DNA of 64,000 nt from an uncultured Gemmatimonadota bacterium. GTDB taxonomy: Bacteria > JAAXHH01. The position numbers and the translations under genes were made by a program. This document shows positions 39,233 through 49,416 of this stretch, piece after piece (the stretch's first letter is position 1; each line of letters starts with the position of its first letter). The stretch is from NCBI GenBank assembly GCA_951812955.1, contig OX638340.1, forward strand, positions 768,001-832,000, in the 5' to 3' direction. Under the pieces are notes generated by a model that was given only the letters and a program-made list of their open reading frames with translations, ran no database searches and had not been told where the DNA came from.

Positions 39233-40411
39233 ATGTCACTTACGTCAGAAGTACAGTCCATGCTGCCGGATCTGGACGGATTCGCTTATTTCCAGACCAG
39301 CGGATTTTCGCCCAAGTTGACTCCGATTATCGACGAGGTTATCCGTTCGCTGAGGATTCAAAGCCGTGGTCCCGCCCTGCCCTTCGTTGCCCGGAAGTTG
39401 CAACAGCAGATGCAGGAAACCCGGGGCAAGGTAGCGGATACGATCAACGCCACGCCGGAAGAGATCGTTCTGACTGAAAACACCACCATCGGCATCAATA
39501 TCGTGGCCAACGGGATCGACTGGAAACCGGGCGACAACGTCCTGCTGAGCACGCACGAGCACCCGGGCAACCGGCTGACCTGGTACAACCTGACTGGCAG
39601 ATACGACGTGGAGCTTCGGTTCGCCCCACTGTATAACGATCACGATAGAACGCTGGAAGAGATGGATCGGTTGATCGATGATCGGACCAGGCTGGTCAGC
39701 GTAAGCCACGTCTCCAGGCGCACGGGTCTGCGCCTGCCGGGCCGGGCAATCTGCGACCTGGCCCATGCGAAAGACACGCCCGTCCTATATGATGGCGCGC
39801 AGTCCTTCGGGGCCATTCCGATCGATGTCCGGCACCTGGACTGCGACTTCTACAGCTTCTGCGGGCACAAATACACCATGGCCCCGCAGGGAACCGGGGG
39901 ACTGTACATCCGTAAAGACCGCATCGAATGGCTCAAACCGAGCTGGATAGGATCCCACTCGCAGAAATCATTCGACCAGGATGGCAACATGGACCTTTTG
40001 GACGAAGCCAAACGGTTCGAGTTTGCCACGCGAAGCGTGCCTGACCAGGCTGGATTCGGCAAGGCCCTGGACATCTGGGCCGGTTTTGGCTGGGACAAGG
40101 TTTTCGCCGGGATCGCGGCCTATACGGATCGAATGAAATCCGCCCTGTCGGAGATTCCCGGCCTGGTTCTTGAGACCCCGCTTGCCTACGACGATTCTTC
40201 CGGCATTGTCACGTTCCATGTACCGGGACTGGAATCGGGCCCCCTGGCTGAGAGCCTGCAGCAACAGGAGAAGGTGCTGGTCTCTCCGCTAGAATTCGCG
40301 GCGGAAAGCACGCGTGTTTCGACCCATGTGTTCAACTCGGATGAAGATCTGGAGCGACTGACGTCGGGTATACGCAGAATTCAGCGCGATGGATTGGGAT
40401 CGGCGAACTAG
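39233..40411 (+). CDS. Class-V aminotransferase / cysteine-desulfurase-like PLP enzyme, cytoplasmic
   Basis: The start MSLTSEVQSMLPDL is at 39233. The PLP-lysine lies in FCGHKYTMAPQGTGGLYI. Confidence 0.7.
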   Translation: MSLTSEVQSMLPDLDGFAYFQTSGFSPKLTPIIDEVIRSLRIQSRGPALPFVARKLQQQMQETRGKVADTINATPEEIVLTENTTIGINIVANGIDWKPGDNVLLSTHEHPGNRLTWYNLTGRYDVELRFAPLYNDHDRTLEEMDRLIDDRTRLVSVSHVSRRTGLRLPGRAICDLAHAKDTPVLYDGAQSFGAIPIDVRHLDCDFYSFCGHKYTMAPQGTGGLYIRKDRIEWLKPSWIGSHSQKSFDQDGNMDLLDEAKRFEFATRSVPDQAGFGKALDIWAGFGWDKVFAGIAAYTDRMKSALSEIPGLVLETPLAYDDSSGIVTFHVPGLESGPLAESLQQQEKVLVSPLEFAAESTRVSTHVFNSDEDLERLTSGIRRIQRDGLGSAN

Positions 40412-40418
40412 CTCGATA

Positions 40419-41513
40419 TTAGCGAAACCAGTCGTAATTCAGACCCAGCGAGCGGTCCTCCAGGGGCAGGTCGATGCGTACGCCACCCCTCGAAGACGAC
40501 AGTTTGAGGGCGATTTCCACCTCCAATGCCATCGCCACCCTGCGGCCCGAATTCTTGGGTTCGTCGAGCTTCCCTGCGAGGCAATCCATCACGTCGTTTA
40601 ACGAATAGATCCCGCCATAGGGCGGTACGAACTGAGGACCAGGCCACGGCACCTCGACCCGGTAGGGCCGACCCTCCACCTCCATGACTTCCCATCGTTG
40701 CCAGGCCGTCACGAAATCGTAGGCCAGGTCGCCCTTGCTTCCATGCAACCGCACGCCTGGCGCGCCCGCTCGAAAATGCACCACGAGGCCGCTTTCGGTC
40801 ACCATCATGCCCTGTCCGGTAAATTCGTCGCTTCCCGATTCCCGGCGCGGTTCATCACCGGTACCGATCACCCAGGCCGGGGCGCTGTCCACGAAATACG
40901 ACCAGTTCTGGTGTTGGGCAAAGGGCCCCGGAGCCTCTATGGACAACAACTCGCCGATTTCACCGCCGCGTACCATTGCTCCGGCCCGCGAGAAGGAAGG
41001 ATGTGTAGTAGCGATGGCGCCGCAACTCAAAGGAACGCCTGCTTCGGCACAGGTCCTCACCATGCGGTCCGTTTCTTCCAGCGTATGGGCCATGGGTTTC
41101 TCGGTGAAGATACCTTTCGCGCCATGACGTACGGCGAGGCAAGTGAGATCGGCGCGGTGCTTCGTGTTCGTGGCAATGGCTACGATATCCGGCCGTTCTA
41201 TGGCCAGCAAATCCCCTGCATCGTCATAGAGGGAGACTACACCGTATCTCTCGCGGAAAGCTTGCAGCCGTTTCACATCCCGGTCCGCCGCTGCGATCAG
41301 GTCTACCTCCGGCCTGTCCCACAATGCTTCGGCATAGGATGATGGAAGGCCCTCTGTTCCGGGGTTTTCATGGTAAAGGAAACGCCGATGGATATTCAGT
41401 TCCGGCGTGGGTCGATCCACATCATCCACGTCCCAAACACCCGTCCTTTCCGCCAGATCGTAAAGCATACCCATCCAGCCGAGTCCGATGAGTCCTGCCC
41501 GGTACTTTGCCAC
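40419..41513 (-). CDS. Gfo/Idh/MocA-family NAD(P)-dependent oxidoreductase
   Basis: The Rossmann start AGLIGLGWMG is followed by the family's typical length and layout. Confidence 0.7.
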   Translation of the reverse strand: MAKYRAGLIGLGWMGMLYDLAERTGVWDVDDVDRPTPELNIHRRFLYHENPGTEGLPSSYAEALWDRPEVDLIAAADRDVKRLQAFRERYGVVSLYDDAGDLLAIERPDIVAIATNTKHRADLTCLAVRHGAKGIFTEKPMAHTLEETDRMVRTCAEAGVPLSCGAIATTHPSFSRAGAMVRGGEIGELLSIEAPGPFAQHQNWSYFVDSAPAWVIGTGDEPRRESGSDEFTGQGMMVTESGLVVHFRAGAPGVRLHGSKGDLAYDFVTAWQRWEVMEVEGRPYRVEVPWPGPQFVPPYGGIYSLNDVMDCLAGKLDEPKNSGRRVAMALEVEIALKLSSSRGGVRIDLPLEDRSLGLNYDWFR

Positions 41514-41761
41514 GGTATACTCCTTATATTCTAATCTTAATTACATGTCGAATAGGCGCTGTGAGAGGAATTCATATATACACAATAATAGAATATGTTG
41601 TATTGCTTATGTTTCTTACTACAATATATAGTAATAACTGAGGATTACTACTATTTGTGACCTCGTTTAGTGTGATGTGAGCTGTATATCTAACCGTTCA
41701 AGTGGTAATTGATCTGATTCTTGCAGATATCAAGGGTATAATTAGTTAAAAACAAGGGATT
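41514..41761. other. 248 bp AT-rich intergenic island (about 33% GC) in a 65% GC background
   Basis: tatattctaatcttaattacatg...atatatacacaataatagaatatgttgtattgcttatg...tacaatatatagtaataactgagg. It holds the promoter region of the minus-strand oxidoreductase gene. Confidence 0.8.
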
Positions 41762-42769
41762 CTAGCCATTCCAGGGCAGCGGTACATCCAGTCGCGTGCT
41801 CATTTCCCTAACCGTATCCTGTTCGATTTCGCCAAAGCGGATTCCCTGCTTCCGGTGTAGGGCCATGCGCTGTTCTTCGATTGCTCCGGGGAGCAGCGCT
41901 TCGTCATAGCCTGGCATTGGCTCATAGGATTCCCGCACGTCCTTTACGAAACGGTCAACCTCTTCGCGAAAGTCCTCTTCAGGGATTACCGTCTCGATAT
42001 GAATGGCCAATACCATACCGCCATGGTTTGCCGCCGGCCACCGCTCTTGTACCTCATCGGCCTCTGGCAGCGCGGCTCCGGCCAAGGCGCCTCCAAGTAT
42101 CGTTGCCACTGCCCCGTAGCCGATGCTCTTGAAGAAAGCGGCCGGTATGCGGGTCAGTAGATCATCGAATTCAGGTGATTGCTGATAGTCAGCCAGTATA
42201 CGCGTAGCCACATCCTGCACCACGGGAGGCTCTTCGCCCGACGGGATGCCAAAACAAAGCGGCGGGTTTCCGATGTATCCGATCTGGGGTTTCGGATCCT
42301 GGCCGCGGGCGTTTCCCATGTTGCGGTAACCCTGTACCGAGAACCCGATACATCCGGCTTCCATGCACATCCGGGTGTAGTGTCCCGCCGAACCGTAATG
42401 TCCGATATGACGGACGAGTCCCATGCCCATCCCATTTTCCCGGGCCTTTCGGATGGCGCCATTGGTCGCTTCGACCATGGGCCAGTACCCGAGCGTTCCG
42501 TCACCGTCGACGACTACAGACGTGGGGGACTCCGAGATGATTTTCACATCGGGACGGGTGTTGCAGTTGCCTTCGGCGAAAGTACGCGTGTATCCTGACG
42601 CCGCGCGCACGCCGTGGCTGCGTACACCCCGCATGTCGGAATTGACCAGCAGTCGGCTGATGAGCGCCGCATGGTGGCTGGACAATCCCACTTTTTCGAA
42701 ACAGGCTGTCGTAAAAGATACGAGCTCGTTTTCCTGAACATGGATGAATGCTTCCGGTGGTCGATTCAT
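41762..42769 (-). CDS. Ldh_2-family malate/L-lactate/sulfolactate dehydrogenase
   Basis: The conserved RSHGV block and the overall Ldh_2 layout are present over 335 aa. Confidence 0.7.
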   Translation of the reverse strand: MNRPPEAFIHVQENELVSFTTACFEKVGLSSHHAALISRLLVNSDMRGVRSHGVRAASGYTRTFAEGNCNTRPDVKIISESPTSVVVDGDGTLGYWPMVEATNGAIRKARENGMGMGLVRHIGHYGSAGHYTRMCMEAGCIGFSVQGYRNMGNARGQDPKPQIGYIGNPPLCFGIPSGEEPPVVQDVATRILADYQQSPEFDDLLTRIPAAFFKSIGYGAVATILGGALAGAALPEADEVQERWPAANHGGMVLAIHIETVIPEEDFREEVDRFVKDVRESYEPMPGYDEALLPGAIEEQRMALHRKQGIRFGEIEQDTVREMSTRLDVPLPWNG

Positions 42770-42833
42770 CGATCCTCCCTGGACTTGCTATAGACCAAAT
42801 AATGAGTAAGTTGGTTGCGCGGTTGGTTTTAGA

Positions 42834-43559
42834 TCAGATGACCATAGGCGTCTGCAGCACGGTTAGTCCCATGTCGATGTATTTTTCCCGCTTCGATGGG
42901 TCCAGAAGCGCCAGGCTGACCGCGACCGAAGTTCCCTCCATCTCCCGCGCCACGTGACGGACGCAGTCATCGACGGATCGGAAGAGTGGTCTATGGTAAC
43001 GTTCGATGTCGTACATCAGGTCATTGGGACCGAAGGTGAGGACGTCCACGCCGTCCAGGGCCAGTTGCCGGCAGTTGATGACGGCTTCGACCGACTCGAG
43101 TTGCAGCCATAGCACGCCGGTGTCGTTCCACCAGGCCGCGTATTCGAGACGGTCGGAACGATCGCGGATGCCATGACGCGCGCTCCCACCCCAGCTTCTT
43201 CCACCGAACTGAGGATAGTAGAAGAAGTGGACCGCTTCTTGCACGGTGGCTTCTTCCTTGACTTCGGGAACGAGGATGCCTGCGGGACCCAGATCCAGGT
43301 AATTTCCAATCAGGTAGGTGTGTCTCGTGTGCTTAATCCGAAGGATCACCGGAACGCCCAACTCCTCGGCCGAGGCACAGAACGAAACGATCCGGTCCTC
43401 GCTCTGGGGCCCATGCTGACAGTCGACATTGAAGAAATCGATCTCGCCCTCCCGTAGAAACCGCTCCAGGTCCTCCCTGCGGGAATCCATGGATACGCCC
43501 AGGCCGTTTACGATTTCACCGCTGCGGATGCGGTGTTTCAGCGAGATTGGCTCTACCAT
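42834..43559 (-). CDS. HpcH/HpaI-family aldolase (class II, citrate-lyase-beta-like)
   Basis: DFFNVDCQHGP is the substrate/metal site. The size and a C-terminal D-rich helix fit the family. Confidence 0.65.
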   Translation of the reverse strand: MVEPISLKHRIRSGEIVNGLGVSMDSRREDLERFLREGEIDFFNVDCQHGPQSEDRIVSFCASAEELGVPVILRIKHTRHTYLIGNYLDLGPAGILVPEVKEEATVQEAVHFFYYPQFGGRSWGGSARHGIRDRSDRLEYAAWWNDTGVLWLQLESVEAVINCRQLALDGVDVLTFGPNDLMYDIERYHRPLFRSVDDCVRHVAREMEGTSVAVSLALLDPSKREKYIDMGLTVLQTPMVI

Positions 43560-43578
43560 TACGGGGATCTCCCTTTCG

Positions 43579-44322
43579 TTACACCTTCGTCAAAACCCTG
43601 AATTGGACCGGTAGTTCCACCCGGATTACCGTCGCCGGGTGGCGCAGCATGGTTCGTTCCAGGTGACGACGATCTGAAACCGACATATGCGCCTTGTCCC
43701 ACTTGTCTGCCCGGTACAGGTCGAAGGTCGCCAGACTGTCGTGGTAGTACCGAAATCTGATTACCTCGCGACAGTTCACGACAAATCTCTGGTCCCTCAC
43801 AGCTTCGGCCAACACCCGATCCGCGAAGTGAAAATCCACGTAGTCCCGGGCCAGCGTTCCCACGTGGATTTCCTCTTTCTCCACCTGGCAGAAGACCTGC
43901 TGGCGCGCATCACGACGGTTACCCTGGCTTACCGGAAAGTAGGGACGTATGTCTAAGACGCACCCGCCGGGGTTCAACACGCGAAATGCTTCGTGAAGGG
44001 CATGCCCCATGCCCTCTTGTTGTACTCATCACAACGACCAGGAAAACAGGGCGAGGTCGAAACTGCGGTCCTGAAAGGGCAGGCGGGACGCATCGGCCAC
44101 GGCGAACTTCGCCACGTCATCCAGCAATTTGCGGCCGTGGGCACGCCGCAGGTCCCGCTCCGACAGGTCGATTCCGACAATCGAATGAACCCAGTTCCTG
44201 ATTCGGTTCGACAGCCGGCCATCTCCGCAACCGATGTCGAGCACGCGTGCACCGGCGAATGGCACATGTCGCTTGAGCAACCGCATTTCCCGCCGTTCCG
44301 GATCGACCCTGACTCCCTTCAT
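43579..44322 (-). pseudogene. Class I SAM-dependent methyltransferase interrupted by two consecutive in-frame TGA codons
   Basis: The 5' ORF, 44322..44029, carries motif I VLDIGCGDGRLS and ends ...FSWSL. Then come TGA TGA (44031..44026), and the reading continues in the same frame as VQKEG-MGHALHEAFRVLNPGG (the post-II motif). Confidence 0.6.
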
Positions 44323-44336
44323 ACCGGCCTCCCATT

Positions 44337-45350
44337 TCAGCTATTGGAACCCAAACCTGCAGTGTCTTCGATTTCGACCCAGCCACCGGAGTCCTTCGAC
44401 TGCTCGATGGCGAGTCCCGTGAGATAGAGCTGTGCGGCCATTCTGCCATTTGTGCGGTTCGGTGTGCCATGCGCTACCGTATCCAGGAATTCGGCGACAC
44501 TCTCCGCCTCGCCGGGCCAACCGCCCACGACCGGCAGCGCGGGCTCTACGTGGATCACTTCGCCATCGGCATCGGACTTGCCGCGCACCTTTATCGTATT
44601 TCGGAAATAGTCGACGAGGAGATCACCTTCATCGCCGGTCACCTCGATTGTAGTCTCCATCTCGTCGACAGAGTTGATGTTCAGATGAATCGTGCCCCAG
44701 AGGCCGTCGTAGTCGAGATGAGCCAGGCTGAGGAACTGACGTCGGCCAGCCTGCCCATGGCCGTCCATGACGAGCACGCGGCTGGGCGACCGGCCCAGGA
44801 TGCTGTTCAGTCCGTCCACGTACCAGGGGCCCAGGTGGTGGGCGAGGCAGAGGTCTGGACCACCGAATCCCGCCCAGTTGCTCCGCAGTTTCAGGTGTGC
44901 AGTCTGCAGCGCGCCGATCGCTCCCTCCCGTAACAGCTCGGCGGCGCGATGCACGACTGTTGCAAAGCCAATCTCGAGGTCGCCATGGGTCACCTGGCCG
45001 GTGGTGACCAGGCGCTTCAGCATCTTGCGTATGCGTTCTGGGTCGGAGGCGAGCGGTGGTTCGTAATAGACGGCGATGCCGGAGTCGAGGACGGCGTTCA
45101 TGGCGGCTTCGTGGAAGGGATCCGGTATCGCAATCATGACGGCATCGAGCTCCGGACCGTCCAACAAGGCCTCGAATCCGCCGTAGACCCGTACATCCGA
45201 TCCCAGTTCCTCGCGGATTCGATGCTGTGATGCCTCGCTGAACGCCGCGGCGGACACGATACTGACCTGGTCGTGTTGCTTTAGTGCGGGCACGAAAGCC
45301 AGCCGGGTCCAACCGCCGTATCCGATCAGGCCGACGCGTATGCTGGACAT
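44337..45350 (-). CDS. Gfo/Idh/MocA-family oxidoreductase
   Basis: The Rossmann start VGLIGYGGWTR is present. The length is 337 aa. Confidence 0.7.
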   Translation of the reverse strand: MSSIRVGLIGYGGWTRLAFVPALKQHDQVSIVSAAAFSEASQHRIREELGSDVRVYGGFEALLDGPELDAVMIAIPDPFHEAAMNAVLDSGIAVYYEPPLASDPERIRKMLKRLVTTGQVTHGDLEIGFATVVHRAAELLREGAIGALQTAHLKLRSNWAGFGGPDLCLAHHLGPWYVDGLNSILGRSPSRVLVMDGHGQAGRRQFLSLAHLDYDGLWGTIHLNINSVDEMETTIEVTGDEGDLLVDYFRNTIKVRGKSDADGEVIHVEPALPVVGGWPGEAESVAEFLDTVAHGTPNRTNGRMAAQLYLTGLAIEQSKDSGGWVEIEDTAGLGSNS

Positions 45351-45554
45351 GGTACGCCTTTCTGGATCTTACATATCATTTCATTGCAGGCAGGTATCGA
45401 CGTATATTACGACAATGAAAACCGCGGGGTATCGGTATGGCAAGAATTATGTAATTCAGTTTATCCCGGATGGTTTTGGAAATCGAGCGGCGGCCGCATC
45501 AGATCCGGCTTGCTCTTTTTCCGGCGAGTCCTGGTCCGAGGATGGAGTATCCAG

Positions 45555-46325
45555 TTGAAAAGATTGCGCACGCTCATGTTTATATCCATGTATCTGACGG
45601 CAGGACAAGCCCTGGCCCAGGTCAACATCGAGGCGTTGCGCCGGGACGCGGGTTCCACCGGTTTATCTGGCGCCCTGTCCATGAACCTGGAGATGCATAC
45701 GGGCAATACGGACCTGAAGGAAATCGGACTGGAAGGACGGATGGACTACAATCACCCCAGGGTGAACACGTTTATTCTGGCCCGAAATGACTTCGGATGG
45801 GAACAGGGCGAGCGTTTTGCCGATGAAGGGCTGATTCACCTGCGGCAGCACTATCCCCTGCATGGGCGGATCGGCATCGAAGCTTTCACCCAGTATAACT
45901 ATGATACGACCTATCGGCTCGACACCCGCGTACTGGCTGGAGGGGGATTCCGCTTCCACCTGATCGAATCCGATGCGTTCCGGCTATGGGAAGGAGCGTC
46001 CGCTTTTCTGGAGCACGAACGGCTGAGTGAGCTTTCTGACCGTGACGATCATCCTGAGAAAACATCCGTAGTTCGCTGGAATCATTACCTGTCCTCCCGG
46101 ATCGCCGTCAATGACCGGGTGGCCACCACGTGCACGGTGTATTTCCAGCCCCTGTGGAACGCGATCGGCGACACCCGCGTCCTTGGAGAACTCAACCTGG
46201 AGATCGACCTGGCGGGGCCGCTCGTGCTGACCCTTAACTTCGTCACGCGCTATGACAGCCGCCCGCCGGAAGGCGTCGACAAGCTGGATACCGTGCTGGA
46301 GAACGGGCTGGCCGTTACGTTTTAG
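45555..46325 (+). CDS. DUF481-family outer-membrane beta-barrel protein
   Basis: A TTG start at 45555 gives MKRLRTLMFISMYLTAGQALA-QV, with GGAG 8 nt upstream. The body shows alternating amphipathic strands and ends with an aromatic residue (F). Confidence 0.55.
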   Translation: MKRLRTLMFISMYLTAGQALAQVNIEALRRDAGSTGLSGALSMNLEMHTGNTDLKEIGLEGRMDYNHPRVNTFILARNDFGWEQGERFADEGLIHLRQHYPLHGRIGIEAFTQYNYDTTYRLDTRVLAGGGFRFHLIESDAFRLWEGASAFLEHERLSELSDRDDHPEKTSVVRWNHYLSSRIAVNDRVATTCTVYFQPLWNAIGDTRVLGELNLEIDLAGPLVLTLNFVTRYDSRPPEGVDKLDTVLENGLAVTF

Positions 46326-46537
46326 TCTGTGACTGACTTCCGCCCACGCCAGGTAGTTTCAGCAGTGGATTACCTGAGGCAGAAACAGGTGTTCTTGCGT
46401 TGAACTGAAACTATCGCACTTTGGTATTTCTTGCTTTTCACCTGCGCTATGCGTCCGGTTCCGGATTCAGGCAACTCTAACGGCCTTTCCAATATGCTCG
46501 ATCCAAGCAGGTTTCCAGGCTGACCCGGCTCGTCCAT

Positions 46538-47390
46538 ATGGCCATGGCCGTACCGGATCTGGCACTCTGTACCGACTTCTACGGCAGGGCTCTGGGACTT
46601 CCGCAGTCAGGTGAAGGTGTCGACAGTCACGGGCATGCATTTCAAAAATACCGGATCGGTCCAACGGATCTCATTCTGTCGGAAGATCCCGCTGCCCTTC
46701 CGTACGCGAAATTGGCCGGCAATGCTCGCACCGAAGTCGATCATTTCGCGTTATACGTTGAGGATGTAGCCGCCGTCTTCGAAAACCTGAGGAGCCGGGG
46801 GATATCGTTTCGGGACAAACCGCACGCCACCGAACTGGGACACCGCAACATGCAGCGGTCCCTTGTATCGTTCGAGGGACCCCTTCGGCTTTACGTTACA
46901 GCTGTCCCAGACGGTCGATCCCCGTCCCCGGCTCGCGTCGAGAATCGAAGCCAAGAAAGCCATGGCCTGCATTACCGGTCAGACTGCCGCGCCCAGTCCA
47001 TTCGGCGGAATAGATCACGTTTCAAGCTACTGTACCGATTTCACGGCCAATCGCGCGTTGTACCGGGATATCCTCGGTCTCGACGAATTCTTCTACAGCA
47101 CGACGCGGGAAGAAGGCGCGACAGTTGGTACGGGATTCGAACAGGGGGCGTTCGCGGTCGGGGGTACGGACATTGAACTGGCATCGGACGACGAGTGGCG
47201 GCATCTTGCCCATGGACCTGTTCGCGGGCTGGGACTTCTATCAGACCAGATCGATCGTGCACGCGCGTCCTTGCGAGCCCAGGGCGTGCCCTTTGAAGAA
47301 CGCGCCAGCGACGGGGCACTGTACTATCCCGGTCGATCCAGTCTGACATTTAACAGTCCGGACGGTATGCAACTGCACATCGTGGGATAA
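46538..47390 (+). pseudogene. Two-domain VOC (glyoxalase/bleomycin-resistance/dioxygenase) protein with a +1 frameshift in a CCC run
   Basis: The frame from 46538 reads ...ELGHRNMQRS. The frame from 46863 continues LYRSRDPFGFTLQLSQ and a second VOC domain. Removing one C at 46860-46862 restores GHRNMQRSLYRSRDPFGF. Confidence 0.6.
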
Positions 47391-47491
47391 TCCGGCTGCA
47401 CATCGCAAGCGCGTGCGAATCTTACAGAATGCGAGCCCGCAGGCTAAAGATCCAGTCAGGGCGGACTGGTATTTTCAAGGAGTATACGTAT

Positions 47492-48244
47492 ATGAAATTT
47501 AACAGCCGACTGAAGGAAGACTTCGACCGTGACGGATTCGTACTGGTGGAGGGTTATCTCTCCGCGGGAGAAGCGGGAGAAATAAACGACAATATCCAGC
47601 GCTTCATCGACGAAGTGCTGCCGAAATCGCCGGACACGACGGCCTTTTACGAGGACATGGACGATCCCGCGTCGATCAAGCGACTGCAAAACATGGCCGA
47701 CCTGGATCCTTATTTCGGGGAACTGTTTCAGTCCGATCGGTTCACCGAACTGTCTGGATTCCTGCTCGCGGACGAAGTGGTTCCCAAGAGCCCGCAATGG
47801 TTCAACAAACCTGCCCGGGTTGGCACGGTCACCCCGCCCCACCAGGATGGCTTCTACTTCATGCTGGAACCCAACGAGGCCATCACCCTATGGCTCGCGC
47901 TTGACTACATCGACGAGGAGAACGGTTGCATGCGCTACGTGCGGGGATCGCACAGGCGCGGCATGCGGCCTCATCGCTCGTCCAACGTTCTCGGCTTCTC
48001 ACAGGGGGTTTCGGATTACACAGATGAGGACCGGGACCGGGAAGTGGCCATGTGCGCCAAACCGGGTGACCTGTTCGCACACCACAGCATGGTCATACAC
48101 CGGGCGGACGCAAACCAGTCCGATCGCCGCCGCGCGGCCCTGGGCCTTGTTTACTTCGCGGCCCGGGCCAGGAAGGACGAGGAAAAGGCGGAACGCTACA
48201 GAAAAGAGCTCTTCGCCCGATGGGAGAAGGAAGGCAAGATCTAG
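47492..48244 (+). CDS. PhyH-family Fe(II)/2-oxoglutarate-dependent dioxygenase
   Basis: The start MKFNSRL has AAGGAG upstream. The facial triad is H-x-D in PHQDGFY plus the distal H in HHSMVIH. Confidence 0.7.
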   Translation: MKFNSRLKEDFDRDGFVLVEGYLSAGEAGEINDNIQRFIDEVLPKSPDTTAFYEDMDDPASIKRLQNMADLDPYFGELFQSDRFTELSGFLLADEVVPKSPQWFNKPARVGTVTPPHQDGFYFMLEPNEAITLWLALDYIDEENGCMRYVRGSHRRGMRPHRSSNVLGFSQGVSDYTDEDRDREVAMCAKPGDLFAHHSMVIHRADANQSDRRRAALGLVYFAARARKDEEKAERYRKELFARWEKEGKI

Positions 48245-48251
48245 CGGCGAT

Positions 48252-48752
48252 TCAAGCCTGCCGATCAGCCTCGCGATCCTCCGCAAGCTGCACACCCCAC
48301 AGGTGCATGGTATTGACCGGCTTGCCCTGTAGTTTCAAATAGTAGAACAGCTGCGCTTTGTGCAGGGCAAGATGTTGTACCATCTCCATCATGCGATGGC
48401 CAAGCACGGGCGATGTCGGGTCCCACGGTGCGGGGGCGGGTTCATTCTGCATTCTTTCCTCGCCGGCAAGCCTGAGCATTTCAAAAGCCAGGTCCCGGTC
48501 CGCCGCGAGTTTTTCCTTTGCTTCCGCTACCGAGGCGACGGTAGACATCGCTTCAGCCGGGGGCAGCATGTCACCCGATCCCATGTCGTCCACGCTCACG
48601 CCTTCAGGCAGACCGAAGTCTCCGGTGACGAATCCCTTGATCGCCATTCCGCAGGATTCGGCCACATGATAAAGCAGCTGGCCGGTTGTCATCCAGTTGT
48701 CGCCCGACGATGGTTTCCAGTCGAGATCTTTGTCCTCGACTAGATCCATCAA
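48252..48752 (-). CDS. DinB/YfiT-like four-helix-bundle metalloprotein
   Basis: The His-containing motifs LLYHVAESCG and VQHLALHKAQLFYYL are typical of the DinB_2 family. Confidence 0.5.
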   Translation of the reverse strand: MMDLVEDKDLDWKPSSGDNWMTTGQLLYHVAESCGMAIKGFVTGDFGLPEGVSVDDMGSGDMLPPAEAMSTVASVAEAKEKLAADRDLAFEMLRLAGEERMQNEPAPAPWDPTSPVLGHRMMEMVQHLALHKAQLFYYLKLQGKPVNTMHLWGVQLAEDREADRQA

Positions 48753-48850
48753 TCCATCTGCCGCCTGGTACGTGTATTTCAGTTCATGGGTTAGTATGTC
48801 GGTCCAGTTAATGCTTGCTCCATTTCTCTACATCTCTGCGCCTTGAGGTG

Positions 48851-49267
48851 TTAATCGTTCTCGCCGGAACTACTCTCCCAATTTCCTTCATCCAGTTCTA
48901 CAAGCATGATATAGTTACCGCAGGTATCGTCGAAAATGGCCTGGATGCCGAAGTCCTGTTTCGTGGGTTCCGCGCTGAATCGGACGCCCAGTTTCTTCAG
49001 ACGTTCGTATTCGGAAGCGATATCGTCCACGGAGAACACGATGTAGGGCATTCCAGCATCATAGACCTCCTGGTGAAACACCTTGGCCCACTCGGTACCC
49101 TTCGGCTCGAGCAGAAGGCTGGTGCCATCCGGTTCTTCGGGAGAGGCTACGATGGCAAGGTCGGCATCGGGCACATACATCACTTCTACAAAACCAAGAA
49201 CCGTTGTATAAAACTTGTGCGCCTCGTGGGGATCGTTAACCATGATTCCCGTCATCTCGATTCGCAT
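48851..49267 (-). CDS. VOC-family (glyoxalase-like) protein
   Basis: 138 aa with a paired beta-alpha-beta-beta-beta module. AGGAGG lies 8 nt upstream of the ATG. Confidence 0.65.
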   Translation of the reverse strand: MRIEMTGIMVNDPHEAHKFYTTVLGFVEVMYVPDADLAIVASPEEPDGTSLLLEPKGTEWAKVFHQEVYDAGMPYIVFSVDDIASEYERLKKLGVRFSAEPTKQDFGIQAIFDDTCGNYIMLVELDEGNWESSSGEND

Positions 49268-49416
49268 TGTTCACTCCTCCTTTGATTCTGCTTTTCCGGT
49301 ACCTCTGGCGATTATCGTCTGGTTGTGTGGCGAAAATCCTGGCTAATGTACAAACCTGGCATGCAGCGCGCCACGGTTTTCGACCAGGAATTCATCTTGG
49401 CATAACGGTCGGAATG

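Noticed and set aside
44026-44031. TGA TGA in the methyltransferase considered as selenocysteine or recoding
   Set aside because: There are two consecutive TGA codons and no obvious SECIS-like hairpin downstream. TGA is used as a normal stop throughout the window.
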